Source: Marsupella aquatica (taxonomy: Eukaryota > Plantae > Marchantiophyta). Taken from it: a stretch of 64,000 bases of DNA. Below the pieces are notes generated by a model that was given only the letters and a program-made list of their open reading frames with translations, was not told the origin of the DNA and did not search any database. A program made the translations under genes and the position numbers. The DNA is taken from positions 12,799,659-12,863,658 of the forward strand of contig OZ316898.1 in assembly GCA_973895155.1 (NCBI GenBank). Direction: 5' to 3'. Numbering within the stretch: the first letter of the stretch is position 1; every line of letters begins with the position of its first letter. Below, piece by piece: positions 1 to 14,530 of this stretch.

Positions 1-729
1 TCATGCATTGAGGCTCGCTGTTCAGACAGAATGGACCAATGACTACCATCCAACCTCCGTTATTCAAACACGTATTCTTCTTTCAATAAGGCTGCGGGCT
101 CCTGACGGTAGCCGAATAGAAACCCCGACATACCTTGCCGTTTTGAAAGTGCCCGTATGCTCGTTGGGGCACTTGCATTGGTGGCATAGGAAAGGCGAAG
201 GAAGTTAGCATAGGTTGATGTAAACAAAATGCATTGGCCATCACACACTACAGAGGAAACCTAAGACATCTCCAAGTTCATTTGAATCTGATTTTAAGCA
301 GCCACGGATCTCCGCTAGGCCAAGTTGTCGCAAATGACGTGAGTCATTCAGAGAAAGATGAGACTTAAAACGTTGGCTTTTTCAAAGAATTCAGCTTGAT
401 GATAGTAAAATTTCCCTGTTGCTTCTCAACTCAACAGAATTTTTTGACAACTGACGTCGTGGGATACAGGCCAGCTCTAACCACGTAGCATTTGATTCAC
501 GAGCCAAAAATGTGAACATCTTATTACGGCTGCAATTGGGTCCGATAGGAGCTAAAGGTTGCGGAGGTCCCCAACAGTCCCAGCATAAGGAGGACCTCCC
601 ACCACCACTCTAGCGTAATCGGCCTTTTGCGAGCTATATCCCAGAAGAGGATTTAATGAGATGGGGAATCCTAAAGTCCCAGAGCTGGAAACGCTGAAGC
701 CTACTAGGAGGGTAGGCTGACTGACTTAC

Positions 730-891
730 TTCTTTGTTAGGAGACGAGTAAGGATTGGTTGCGAAGCGTGCATTATCCAGAGTATCGCTCAGGTCGCTAG
801 AAGCAAAACGGGAATCTCTTGCGATGGAATCACCGACCAGCCGACCGGCTGCCTCAATGTCCGCAACCACGGCCTCCTCCTCCATATTCAT
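730..891 (-). CDS. NUP155: Nucleoporin NUP155, first coding exon; gene continues off the left end of the window
   Basis: ATG at 891 gives MNMEEEAVVADIEAAGRLVGDSIARDSRFASSDLSDTLDNARFATNPYSSPNKE, then a GTAAGT donor at 729. This aligns by eye with the plant NUP155 N-terminus as recalled (DDEIVMRDVTSAG..IGDRIGRE...DLEEALEASRYASHPYSTHPRE). No next exon recognised within 1-729. Confidence 0.75.
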
Positions 892-1230
892 TTCGTCCTC
901 CACCAGTCCCCCGCTCCGGTGGTCCGGCTAGACGCTCCCTCGCTGCTGCCTCACGGATAATCACAAAACGAAATGTGTCTGAACCGGAGGATTGGCATGA
1001 TCAGTGACGAAATCTCCAAGGAAGAAATAATTTCTTTCCTTCAACAATTGGCCCCATCCTCCGCCTGCCAAGAACAAGAAGAGCCACCCTTGAGCTCTCG
1101 TCCCAGGTACACGTACATGCATTCCACCAAATCACACACGCTCCGTAGACTTCTCGCGTGATAAACATCCCACATTGCTCCCGGCGCACTCGATAAACGG
1201 ACAATCCAGCTCCAATGTAGTCACCCTGCC

Positions 1231-1239
1231 AAACCCTAA
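1231..1239 (+). promoter_or_regulatory. Telo-box (AAACCCTAA) upstream of NUP155
   Basis: Exact AAACCCTAA about 340 bp upstream of the NUP155 ATG. Short motif, could be chance. Confidence 0.3.
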
Positions 1240-1549
1240 ACCTCCACACAACCGGTTCACGCACTTCTACTGTACAGAAAATTCCATAGTTTCGTTCAAT
1301 CGCTCTCACTCTGACTCTGATCTCCGTCTCAGTTTCAGCTGCGTGAATGCACAACAAACAATGCGCCTCCTTCCTTCTCAAGCCTGCCCGCGTCGAGAGC
1401 ACGATCCCACATTCCCACGGCGAGCACGCTGCAACGGGACGATATCTCACCTCCTCTTTGATGTCTGTTCCTTGATTCCAATTAGTGAACGACCATGGGA
1501 ATACTACTGTACACACTGGGACCGAGAACGTAAACTCTCTGGCTATGGG

Positions 1550-1750
1550 GCTACGGTTGAAAGATATATTTGAATAATTGATGGACCCCTAAATTTCGCT
1601 ACGGTCGAAAGATATATTTGAATAATTGATGGACCCCTAGATTTCGCTACGGTCGAAAGATATATTTGAATAATTGATGGACCCCTAAACTTCGAAAGAT
1701 ATACTTGAATACTTGATGGACCCCTAAATTGAAATGTCTTATTTGATAGA
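1550..1750. repeat. Tandem repeat, 48-bp unit, about 4 copies
   Basis: Unit CTACGGTYGAAAGATATATTTGAATAATTGATGGACCCCTARATTTCG: three near-identical copies plus decayed ones. Confidence 0.9.
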
Positions 1751-2629
1751 CCCCATGAATTTTTTGGTACATTGATTTGAGATCTATCAACCATCTTGAT
1801 CACTTATGGGTCCATCAAGAAACACTTTGCATTTTGGGGGTCAATGAAGGATCTCTCTAGGCTATGGCCAACCCGCCAAGGGATTAGCTTGGAACAAACT
1901 TGGAGTGGTCAATTGGCCAGGGAGGGGATTACTCTAGACCCCAGAGGGTTGGTAAACCCGATTAATGTAGAACTGAGAGGCCCCAGGTTGGTAAACCCTT
2001 TTTGAATATTTTTTCCTTTGTATGTGTGTACCAGGTTACCAGGCATTACCCCCGGGTGAAGCCACGGAACCCCTGGGCTAGCTTGGCCTGGGGATTCTGA
2101 AATTTGAATGAAAAATAGAATAAAAAGCAAGTGGCAGAGAGTAACGGATCAGACTTTTTCTATGTAGAATTGAACTGAATATTGTGTAACAATTTACTCA
2201 GGCTTTATGCTCGGTAAGTCATGTCCACTTGGGGATAATGATTGACTGTAATCCTTGAGAGCTCCCCTCGTGCTCAGAGCTCTCAGGGATTACAGCCCAT
2301 TATCCCCTCTTGGGGATGGGTTACCGTACACAATACCCTCCCACAAACAAGGGGCTTGGAGAGTATGTAATGTATGGGTGGGGTGCACTGATGGGAGTAT
2401 GGGTTTCTCCTGGGCCCCTGGCTGGCCCGCTTTGGGGCCCTGGTTTAACCCTCTCTCCATCCTGGTGTGGGTACCTGTTGTATCCCTAGGTGTTGTCCCC
2501 TTGTAGCTACCCTACATAAAATCGCATGCTTCTGAGAAGGATGTCTATTCTCTGTTAAATGGGTTTAGGGTTATGCCTTTAGTTAGAGCTGGGGTCTAGT
2601 AGCTTTTGATATATTTCTGTTTATTAGTT

Positions 2630-3500
2630 AAATTTTCACTAGCCTGAATGTGAGTGACTTTGTAATTCTACCAGCCCAAATATGAGGGAGTGAGAAAGTA
2701 TGGGAATCCCTCCTTATCAGTCTTACTTTGTATGTTTCTAGCCCAAATATGTGTGACTTTGTATTTTTACCAACCCAAATATGAGGAACAGAGAACCTAG
2801 GCCCTCCCTATGAGTCTTACTTGTATTTTCACTAGCCTGAATATGAGGGACCTTGTATTTTTACTAGGCCAAGTACGAGGGACAGATAACCTAACCCCTC
2901 CTTTTGATTCCTTTCTCTCTATTTTCACTAGCCCAAATATGCCTGACTAGGGGACCAAGTAACAGAAACCCTCCTTGTGAGTCTACTTTGCATTTTCATA
3001 AGCCCAAATACTCCTGAATGTGAGGGACTGAGTAAGGTAACCCCTCGTTATGAGTCAATTTGTATTTTCACTAGGCCCAAACACTCCTGAATATGAGGAA
3101 TTTAGAACATTAACCATCCTGGCTTGTGAGTCTTCCTTTATTTTCACTAGCCCAAATACGAGGGATTGAGTACCATTAACCCTCCTTGTGAGTCTTATTT
3201 TGTACTTTCACTAGCCCAAATATGCCTGAATACAAGTGACTGAGTGAGTAACCTGAACCCTCCTTATGAATCTTTCTTTCCTTTGTATTTTCACTAGTGC
3301 AAATACAAGGGATTGAGTAACACTCACCCTCCTTATGAGTCTTACTTTGTATTTTTAATCCTGAATACAAGGGACTGAATAATGTAAACCCTCCTTGTGA
3401 GTCATTCTTTGTATTTTCACTAGTGCAAATGTGAGGGACTGAGACAATTAAGCTGAGAAAATTAAACCCACACTAGCCTGAATATGAGGGACTAAGTAAC
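2630..3500. repeat. Degenerate minisatellite, about 60-80-bp units
   Basis: Recurring TTTTCACTAGCCCAAATA...GAGGGACTGAGTAAC...CCCTCCTTRTGAGTC...TTTGTA blocks, more than 10 copies. Confidence 0.85.
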
Positions 3501-6500
3501 TTCAAGACGACTGAGTTTTGCATTTTCTGTTTTCCTTGAGGGCTTTGGAGACCATAATTCTCCTCCAGGATGTTATGGTCATAGCTAGTGTACCACCCCC
3601 TTCCATGCCCCAAAATTGTACACCTTCATTGTAAATCTTCATTGTATATTCAGCAAAGGTGATAGGTCATAACACGCTTGTCACCATTTTCCCGGGGATT
3701 GACTGATTTAAATCTGTGGTACTGCCATGGATCACTGATGCAATTCCTCCCAAACATATCGAATCCAATATTCACTTGTTGGGTTTACAGTTAGTAACCC
3801 ATCCCCTCTTCAAGGGTTATAGCCTGCAACCCGCTTAACCTGAACCGCCCTTGAACATTGCAGCCCATAACCTCCTTGAGGGTGTGTGCTACCCTACACC
3901 AAATCAAGATTTGCATCCCCAACCCATGCAGAGCTTCAACCCTCCATGTTGTTTCTCTATGACTGTTTATCTTTTTTCCAAGCAATGTCTAGGTGGAAAT
4001 CTGTGATTCGTTAGAACAAAGACACAAAATGTGCAAGACACGAGAGCGTACACCCGAGCGTACACGAGAGAGCTAGGAAAAGCAGTATTCAGTATTCTGC
4101 AGATGAACTGCAACTCCCCCAAAGGGAAAAGATAAAGGGCACAATCAACCCCGCAAACAGGAGACCCCGAGCCAGGGCGCGGCAGAGAACTCAAACCAAA
4201 ACAAAGCACGTCGCCCTTGCTTCACATTGTGGCAAGTGCCCTGGGCCCTCAGCTTACAAAATAACGAAACATACGTGTCCGATGGGTATTAAATATCAAA
4301 TCCGCAAATAATATTATAACACCGTTCTAAGCAACAAGGTCCTTGTTTATATTTGCAACTGATTAGAAGAGGTGAAGGGTTTTTTAAAATGTGTCCCAAA
4401 GTTAATGAACTGAAGGGCCATGGTAATACCTAATGACATGTGTCACTTGTTCATTGGACCACGTGTCATCACACCAGTGGATTAGGGGGTTCTAATTTCA
4501 AGAAGGACAATAGTGAAGCCCAATGGGTTTGTGTTGAGTGTGGTGATGCCAGTATTCGTAATATTTGCTCTCAGTTTTCAGAAGTGGATGCTCCCATCCC
4601 ATATGTATGGAGCAACATTAAGAATCTGTGGCCTAGTAAGATGTCTAGCACTTTACAGACAAGAGTAGTGGACAACTTCTTTGGCTTGTTAAGTGCAATG
4701 TCACCTCTAATGTCTTGTAGTGAGATTTCGTTGGAATCTTCTCGAGAACTTTGATATGTAGTCCCGTAAGTAGTTTAAATGAGATGTTTGTGTTGCTAAA
4801 GTCCCAATGACTTTCACACATTGCCAAATATTATATGGAAATATGTTTGTTTAGTATACTTGCCACTTAATGGTACATTAAATAAAATGTGCATTCATGA
4901 TTGAATCTCTTTGCAAAAGTTTTTTTTAATAGCAAATGAAGGGTGTTTTAAATCCCCAAATCTATCTGATTATAATAACATAGGTAAGTTTTATATAGGA
5001 CTGAAAATTCTTTTTAGAACGAATAAGATACATTTTAATGTTCTTCCAAAATATAACAAGGGGTACCTAGGGGGCCTTCAGTCACAGGTATGTCTCATTA
5101 CATTTCCCTTAGTGAGGGCCCAGGGGGCAAGTGGCAAGTGGCAAGTGATGGAGTGCGAACTGCAGGCTAAAGTGAAAACGTAACAAGCTAAAGAACTGCA
5201 GTAAAACTAAAACCACAACAGCCTACATCTAGACGGAGAACGACGAGAGGAACCCCCTGAGGAACCAGACATCAGATCTGGTCGAGCACAGAAGAGAACA
5301 GGGCATTCCCTGTCACAAAATCCTAAGGGCTTTGGTGTGTTGTAAACCTGGGTCTTAGCAAGGCCTCCCGTCAACAATCCCAAGCAGGGCTGCAAGTGCC
5401 AATGATTGTGTCTGCTAGGAAACTCAATCATGTGTTGACAGGCCATTGTTGATGTGTGGAGTCGCAGTTGAGAAGAAGATTGTTCAACTTCAATGCCACG
5501 GCTACTATAGTACACTTAGGAGCTCTTTCCATTCATCTCCTACCCTCGTTGAGATAACCAGGGTTAGGGCGGCAAAGAGGGGCAATTGGAAAGAGAATCT
5601 TAGAGCATTGATTTCCATTTACTCCTTCTCACCCCTTCACCTTGTTCTTGCAAACAAAGATGGCAGGGAGGAAATGTTCAATTCCTTGAGTGGTACACTT
5701 TCCCTCTCTACCTCCCCTTTGCCACCAAGGAACAAGGTAAGCCTTGGACTATATGCTCCCACCTTACTACTCCAATGGGTTAGATGTTGTTCCCTCTGTT
5801 GTTCCGTGCCACCAAGCTGTACAAAAACTCCGTAATTTGAAAATGGAAGAATACAAAATTTAGAATACAAAACCCAAATGGAGATAGGGGGTTTGTCTTG
5901 CCCATCCCCATGGACTGCATAAAGTTGAAAGGCAGTTGAAAGAAAAAGTGCCTTGTTGCTTTTTGATCTAGTATAGCATGTTCATCCTAATACATGCCTA
6001 CTTTGACTTATCCAAATTAATCCGTGGACCCCATGTTCATCCAAGGAATGTGTGTTTGATTAAGTGAATTCAATTTTCAGCAAGGCGGTAACCAACGGTT
6101 TTGAGTCTCCCGATGGTGTTGGTGTGTGCTCGTACAAAAAAAATGCTCAAAAGATAGAGATTTATCAAACGGAAGGTTGAATGTGGAGGAATTGAGTTTT
6201 TTTACAGGTTTTGCTCACACATTGGAGAAATCATCTTTCAACCATTCTTGATTGATTGTTTGTGATTTACATTGAGCATTACTGCCACAAGACAGACTGG
6301 AGTACAACACTCAGCTGTTTGCGAAAAAGCGCTTGTCAATTCGGTGGGAAGAACACACAATACGAACGAGCCATCACTTCACACAAAGGATTTGTAGTTA
6401 TTTTTATTTAAGAAAGCTATGGTGTGAGGGAAAGACCAACAATTGTTTCTTTGACATAAAGGCTACATTTGGCGTCAACCTGTGTTCAGAGTGAGCTTTA

Positions 6501-6639
6501 GTTGAAGACTATCTAAGAGATGCAAAAAATTCAAGCCGGGAAGCAAGCATTGTGGACAAGCGATGACGACGTAATCAAAGAAATCAATTTGTAGCGGCTA
6601 AGTTTGTGACAATGACGAGATTGTGATATCTCTTAATCG

Positions 6640-7110
6640 AGAAAAGGTTTCCAATGAGCCTCACATTGACACATTTTGTCAAGTTCCATATGAGTTTTTG
6701 AATTTCTTTGCCTTTCCAATGAGTGTGAGTATAAGAAATTTTGATCATGAGTTCATGAATTTTTTTAGCTTTCCAACATTGAATCCAACATTGATAAATT
6801 TCATGTCAAATTTTGTCACGGTACTAAAGAGATCAGGAGGTTTTCAGTCTCTTTAGCTTTCTAATGTGTGACATTGAGATTATTTGTCAAAAAATAGAGA
6901 GATCATGTAGCTTGCCAATGAACCTAACATTGATAGATTTTGTCAAGTACTAAGGAGATGATGAGTTTTTAATTTTACTCTAGCTTTCCAATGAGTGTGA
7001 CATTGAGAGATTTTATCAAGACATTACTAAAGAGGTCACGAGTTTTTAAATCTTTATCTTGAGTTTTCCAATGAATCAAACATTGGCAGATTTTATCAAG
7101 TACTAACGAG
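6640..7110. repeat. Degenerate tandem repeat, about 60-bp units
   Basis: Recurring TTTCCAATGA...ACATTGA.A.ATTTTGTCAAG...ACTAAAGAG motifs. Confidence 0.7.
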
Positions 7111-7319
7111 ATTTATTATTTAATTTTACAATGTGAAGCCAAAGGGGTTTTAACTATGTACATTTCTATCCATTGGTTTTTTCAAACTTGCAAACAATTA
7201 AAAAATACAAACATTTTGATATAAAACACTGATATATCTTTGACAAACATCAAAATAGTAACTTTGTTTTACTAAATGACATCTGTTCCTTTGTATTTTG
7301 GTTTTTCTTACGTTTAATA

Positions 7320-7485
7320 TTTACGGCATGGCGCCCAAAAAATTATGTTGCTTCTGTCACAAACAAGAATGTGCACGTTTGTTTTTGTTAAAAGTAGGAT
7401 CATTCCTGTTTGTGGCTGGTTGTGGTGATGTGGTGCAACCTCATGGCAGAGAATTTGCAAGAGACCCCTAATGGGGGTCCGTAAA
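7320..7485. repeat. 166-bp dispersed element, copy 1 (MITE-like)
   Basis: Starts TTTACGGCATGGCG and ends GACCCCTAATGGGGGTCCGTAAA. Termini TTTACGG/CCGTAAA are inverted. Same length and ends as 17411-17576. Confidence 0.6.
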
Positions 7486-9360
7486 GAATTCAAACAATCA
7501 TTATAAGAGTTCATGTGTGGAGAAATTTGAATTTGACTAGTTTATGAAACACAAGTATTGAGAGAATGAGTATAAGAAAGTTAATAACAAAATGCACACC
7601 TTTTTGAAAGTGAGAAAAATACAGTACTTTATGGGTAAGACAAGTTAGAAAAGTGCATTAATTTGAAAGTACTAATCAATAGGGCATGTCAAAGCGCAAC
7701 TGTAACTCAATTATGGCTCAAGACATAAAATGTTGTTACAGTCAGGACAAAATCACTACAGGCTACCAAAATATGTACCCCATAAGGCATAAGGGTGATA
7801 CCTCCAAAAGAAAAGTCGTAGCACTTTGGTTACGGGCCTGGGTTACGGGTGAACTTAGTCACGCCCTAATGTACCTGTACAGGTTAGGTACTGTACTTTG
7901 TGATTTATTGAGAAGTATAGTAACTTTGTTCTTTTTTAATTTTCTTTGTATTTGGTGAGGCTCTCTGTTTAGGTGATGCCTATAGATCAATCTTACTTAT
8001 AAAGCATCAACTACAAGCTTGAGTTGGGGCCTAGGGCTCTAGAGTGAAGACTCTAGACCGTAACTCCATGGCTCATCATGTGGATGGGAAAACTCATGAA
8101 TATGATGTATGTCAAATGAGAATCGTGCAAGGTTTTTATCATCAGTTCTATTTATATTAAAAATGAGCTCTATGGCCCCACCATAACATATGTGCATAGA
8201 AAAAATTATGATAAGTTATGTACGATTATTAAATGATGACATGCATGATGATTTTTTATCATTTCATTAACCTTAAAAAAATGTGAATAAGGAATATATT
8301 TTGGTGACATTTTTATTGTCCTCCCCGCTATACAAGTTCAAAGAACGGGTAGTTGGGGCTAGTAAACCATAAACATTGGAAACTTTCTAACCAATAGACA
8401 TATAAGATTCACTACATCAATAAACAGGATACTAGTTGCTTGGTTCAAGGGTAGAACCTTCTCATGCAGTAAGGAAAAACGCCCCTTAAAATGATAAATA
8501 ATATATAGGGAACCTAATAAAAACCAAGGAAATGAAAAAAAATTAAAGGGGCTGCCAAAATTGACTAAAATCTAAATAGTACATGGCTAAAGCATAGATT
8601 AGACCAGATTAACATAAAAATGCATTGCAAGCAATTTGAATGAGACAAGATAGCCAAAGAGTGTCCCGCCATATAGCAGCCTCAAAAAATCCTTTACTTT
8701 TGAGAAAGATGCCCCAACTAATTTTTCCAAGGGCCCTGATCAATTGTAAACTGTTGCTTTTTGGCAGACATGCATTTGTTTGGACAAGTATGGGATCTAG
8801 ATAATACCAACAAATTCACTGATGCACAGTCTATTATTTGACAAAGTTTGATTTTTTCCGAAATCATTTGCCATGCTTTTGATGAGTGCAGAAATGATCA
8901 AGTATTATAAATCAATTGCACATGTACGCTTCCCTTTTGAAGTGGCTTTGAGTTGTTTGGGCCTGATTGGCAAATTACTTAACACTTTGCAAACTACTTT
9001 TCACTATCTTAAAGGCGCCCTGACTAGTCTGGGCACGAACAACTACTTACATGGGTAAACTAGTTGAAATGGGCTGCAACAGGTCACGAGCCCATTTGCA
9101 GGTTCTGTGAAACTGTGAAATGTGCTATCCGAGCATTTTTAGATGTTCTGTGTCAGTCCATCCTAGCTTTGGAAGTCCATGTTGGCTCCCCATTCAGAGA
9201 AATTTAGGAAAGAGAACCAACAAATTCTTAAAATTTTTACTGTAGAAGCCAAGAAGGTACAAGAGCTTAAAAGTCCTTATCCATGGATATTTACAAAAGA
9301 GTGTTTTTTGAAAAACACCTAACAATACAAATTTCATAAAAGGTCATGCAACTTGGATGA

Positions 9361-9755
9361 TCATGAAGTCACAAGCTGCAGTTCCTGCTTTTGAGGAGGT
9401 GGTATTGGATAGTTCAAAGTGGGCCATGTTTGGGAGTTGAATTTGAACTTGAGGGGGTGATATTGGGTAGTTTGAATTGGGTAGTGTTCAGGACATGAAG
9501 TTGAGCATGAGTTACAAGCTGCAGTTCCTGCTTTTGAGGAGGTGGTCTTGGATAGTTCAAATTGGGTCATCTTGGATAGTTCAAATTGAATCGAGTTCAG
9601 ATGAAGTTGAGCATGAAGTCACAAGCTGTTGTTCCTGCTTTTGAAGAGGTGGTATTGGATAATTTGAATTGGGTAGTATTTAGGACATGAAGTTGAGCAT
9701 TAAGTCACAAGCTGCGGTTCCCACTTCTGAGGATACGGTATTGAATAGTTCAGAT
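9361..9755. repeat. Tandem repeat, about 86-bp core, about 4 copies, downstream of AMMECR1
   Basis: Repeated ATGAAGTTGAGCATGAAGTCACAAGCTG..GTTCCTGCTTTTGAGGAGGTGGT.TTGGATAGTTCAAA. Confidence 0.85.
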
Positions 9756-10446
9756 AGGACTCTGTTGAGCAATGATTTCCACTCGCACACCGTTCACGCT
9801 CTCCTTCAGGGGGTGATTTCTGACCCCATGCTCAGGTACACCCTTTCCAACATTCTCTTAGATGCACCTTAGAATTTTGAGACCTGTCAGACATGAAAGA
9901 ATTTGTATGTCTCGTGTGACTTTTCTAGCAAAACTTCGGCTTACCATCAGAGTCGCTCATATTTAAGGCAAAGTTGAGTCCATTTGCTGAGTAACGAAGA
10001 ATGAATCAATTTTAGAGCACAAAAAATAAATTTCTTTTAAAGCGCTCAAAAATAAATGCTTTGATTTGAAACTGACCGTCAGCTTTCCGATTTGATTTAG
10101 GGGGCCACTTGGAGTCCCCCTCCCAAAGTTCTTTTATTCTTGGCATACAAATCAAGATGGCAATTGCCTTGATGAATGTTTTGAATGATAAGAGAATGCT
10201 GGGACCATAAGTCCACAATGATATCTAAACCAGTGAGCTCTTGTTTGGCTGCTGTAAGCCGTGAATTGATCTGCTCACTGATACAGCAGCCCTCGGTTTG
10301 CTTTTAGACCTTTTGCAATTCTCTCCTCAAGAAAGTTCGATGGGAGCATTCAGGCTTGAATTGCAGGAATGACATTTGCACAAGAGCATTGCAGCACTAT
10401 TCACATTGTTGATCCCTCCGATATGTTTAGCACGAGGATTCTGCTG

Positions 10447-13033
<2,587 letters not shown>

Positions 13034-14039
13034 CCTGTCACACTCTGCTATTCGGAAAAATTATCGCCCCCCGTCGAGAGCAGAGCAGCCGACACGAAGT
13101 AGCACAGCGTCAGTGAAGGCCCCCTTTGCCGAAAGAAAGCTAGAGCGAGAGACAGACAGACAGCCGAGGGTAGGGCAGAGCAAGGAAGGGAGGCCTGTCC
13201 GCCGGTCAGGAAAGCATTATGAATGTGCAATGAACTTGGCTGGCTGGCTGGCTGGCTGGCTGGCAACCACGAAAGAACGACGAAGACTAAGATCAGAAAA
13301 AGGGAAAACAATAGGCCCTTCAAAACCCACAAGTCCCGTTCTCTTTCTCTCCCTCGCTCCCTGTGTCCCTAGTCACAGCATCGAGCCTTCTCTCTCAAGA
13401 CCTCAAGAACCAACCAACCAACCAACGACACACTCCGATCAATTGCTCCCCTCTCCGTCTCGCACCATCTGCTCTATCTCTCTCTCCGTAATCACAGCAT
13501 CGTTTCTGACGACCTCGCGTGAGGGGCAGAGAGAGAACGGGGGGGCTCGCGCACCGAGAGAGAGAGAGGAGTGGCGTGCAAGAAAGTTATGAACCCATGT
13601 CAGACGAGAATCAATCAATCCGCAATCACCCAAGCTGCTCCCAGGAAGGAAGGCATGGAATAATAATAATGACTAGGTACGAGGCCAGGAGAATGAAGAA
13701 GAGAGAGCTAGAGAGGGAGGGAGGGAGGGAGGAGAGGGACGACAACCGAAGACCGGAGTGGAGCTCGAGTGCTGCTAGAGTGGTGATGGTGGTCGTGTGT
13801 AACCAGCAATCACCTTGCCGTATGAGCAAGAGCAGAAGGAGAAGAAGGAGAAGAAGAAGTGGGTGGCGTGCGCCAAGATTCTTGCTGCTTCCGAGAGGAA
13901 AATGAATCATGCTGGTGGTGTACTCGTCCTTGCCAACATCATCGTTCTCAAGCAAAAAAAAGCTCCCTCCCTCTCTGGAATCTCACCGAGCAGTTTCTTC
14001 ATTCCGGTTGACCGTTTGTGAAAACTCACTTACTATAAC

Positions 14040-14530
14040 CCCTTTGAGTTGGGTCCCACTCTAAGAGCATTCCAACTCTTAGAGCATTCCAACCAAAACA
14101 CTTCCTACAACCCCTTGGGTCCCACCCTTAGAGCATTCCAAACCATTTGAGACATGGTACCAGGGTGAGTACAGTAGCGAGGGGGTTAGCGAGGGGGTTG
14201 GCGAGTGGAATGTTTTTCGCAGACAGCGCCCCTCAGTGCCACCATGTTCATTCTCAAGCCAATAGGCTCCCTTTCTATAACCTCACCAAGCAGTTCATTT
14301 GGTGAGTATAGTGGCAAGGGGGTTAGAGAGGGGGTTAGAGAGGGGGGTTGACGAGTCGAATGTTTGTAGGCAAGCAGCACCCCTCAGTGCCACCATCTTC
14401 ATTCTCAAGCCAATAGGCTCTCCCTCTCTAACCTCACCAAAGCAATTCATTCATTCATGTTGACGGTGAATGAAAGCTAAGGTCCTAGAACCCCTTGGGT
14501 CCCACTCTTAGAGCATTCCAACCTGTCGCG
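14040..14530. repeat. Cluster of (T)TAGAGCATTCCAA motifs plus a ~160-bp direct duplication; possibly Tourist/PIF-Harbinger MITE ends
   Basis: Four copies of TAA/TTA+GAGCATTCCAA. Inverted GGAGATGCTC near 14838 and 15724. Two copies of GAGGGGGTT...CCCTCAGTGCCACCAT.TTCATTCTCAAGCCAATAGGCTC. Confidence 0.45.

Noticed and set aside
60-248. CDGQC exon-like segment as a NUP155 exon
   Set aside because: The following residues do not match NUP155 and the expected intervening exon was not found.
1550-3500. Tandem arrays as CRISPR-like repeats (also 9361-9755 and 53150-53720)
   Set aside because: No unique spacers, no cas genes, eukaryotic context; these are ordinary minisatellites.
4400-6600. Possible old TE coding remnants
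   Set aside because: No recognisable domain motifs; cannot be supported without a search.
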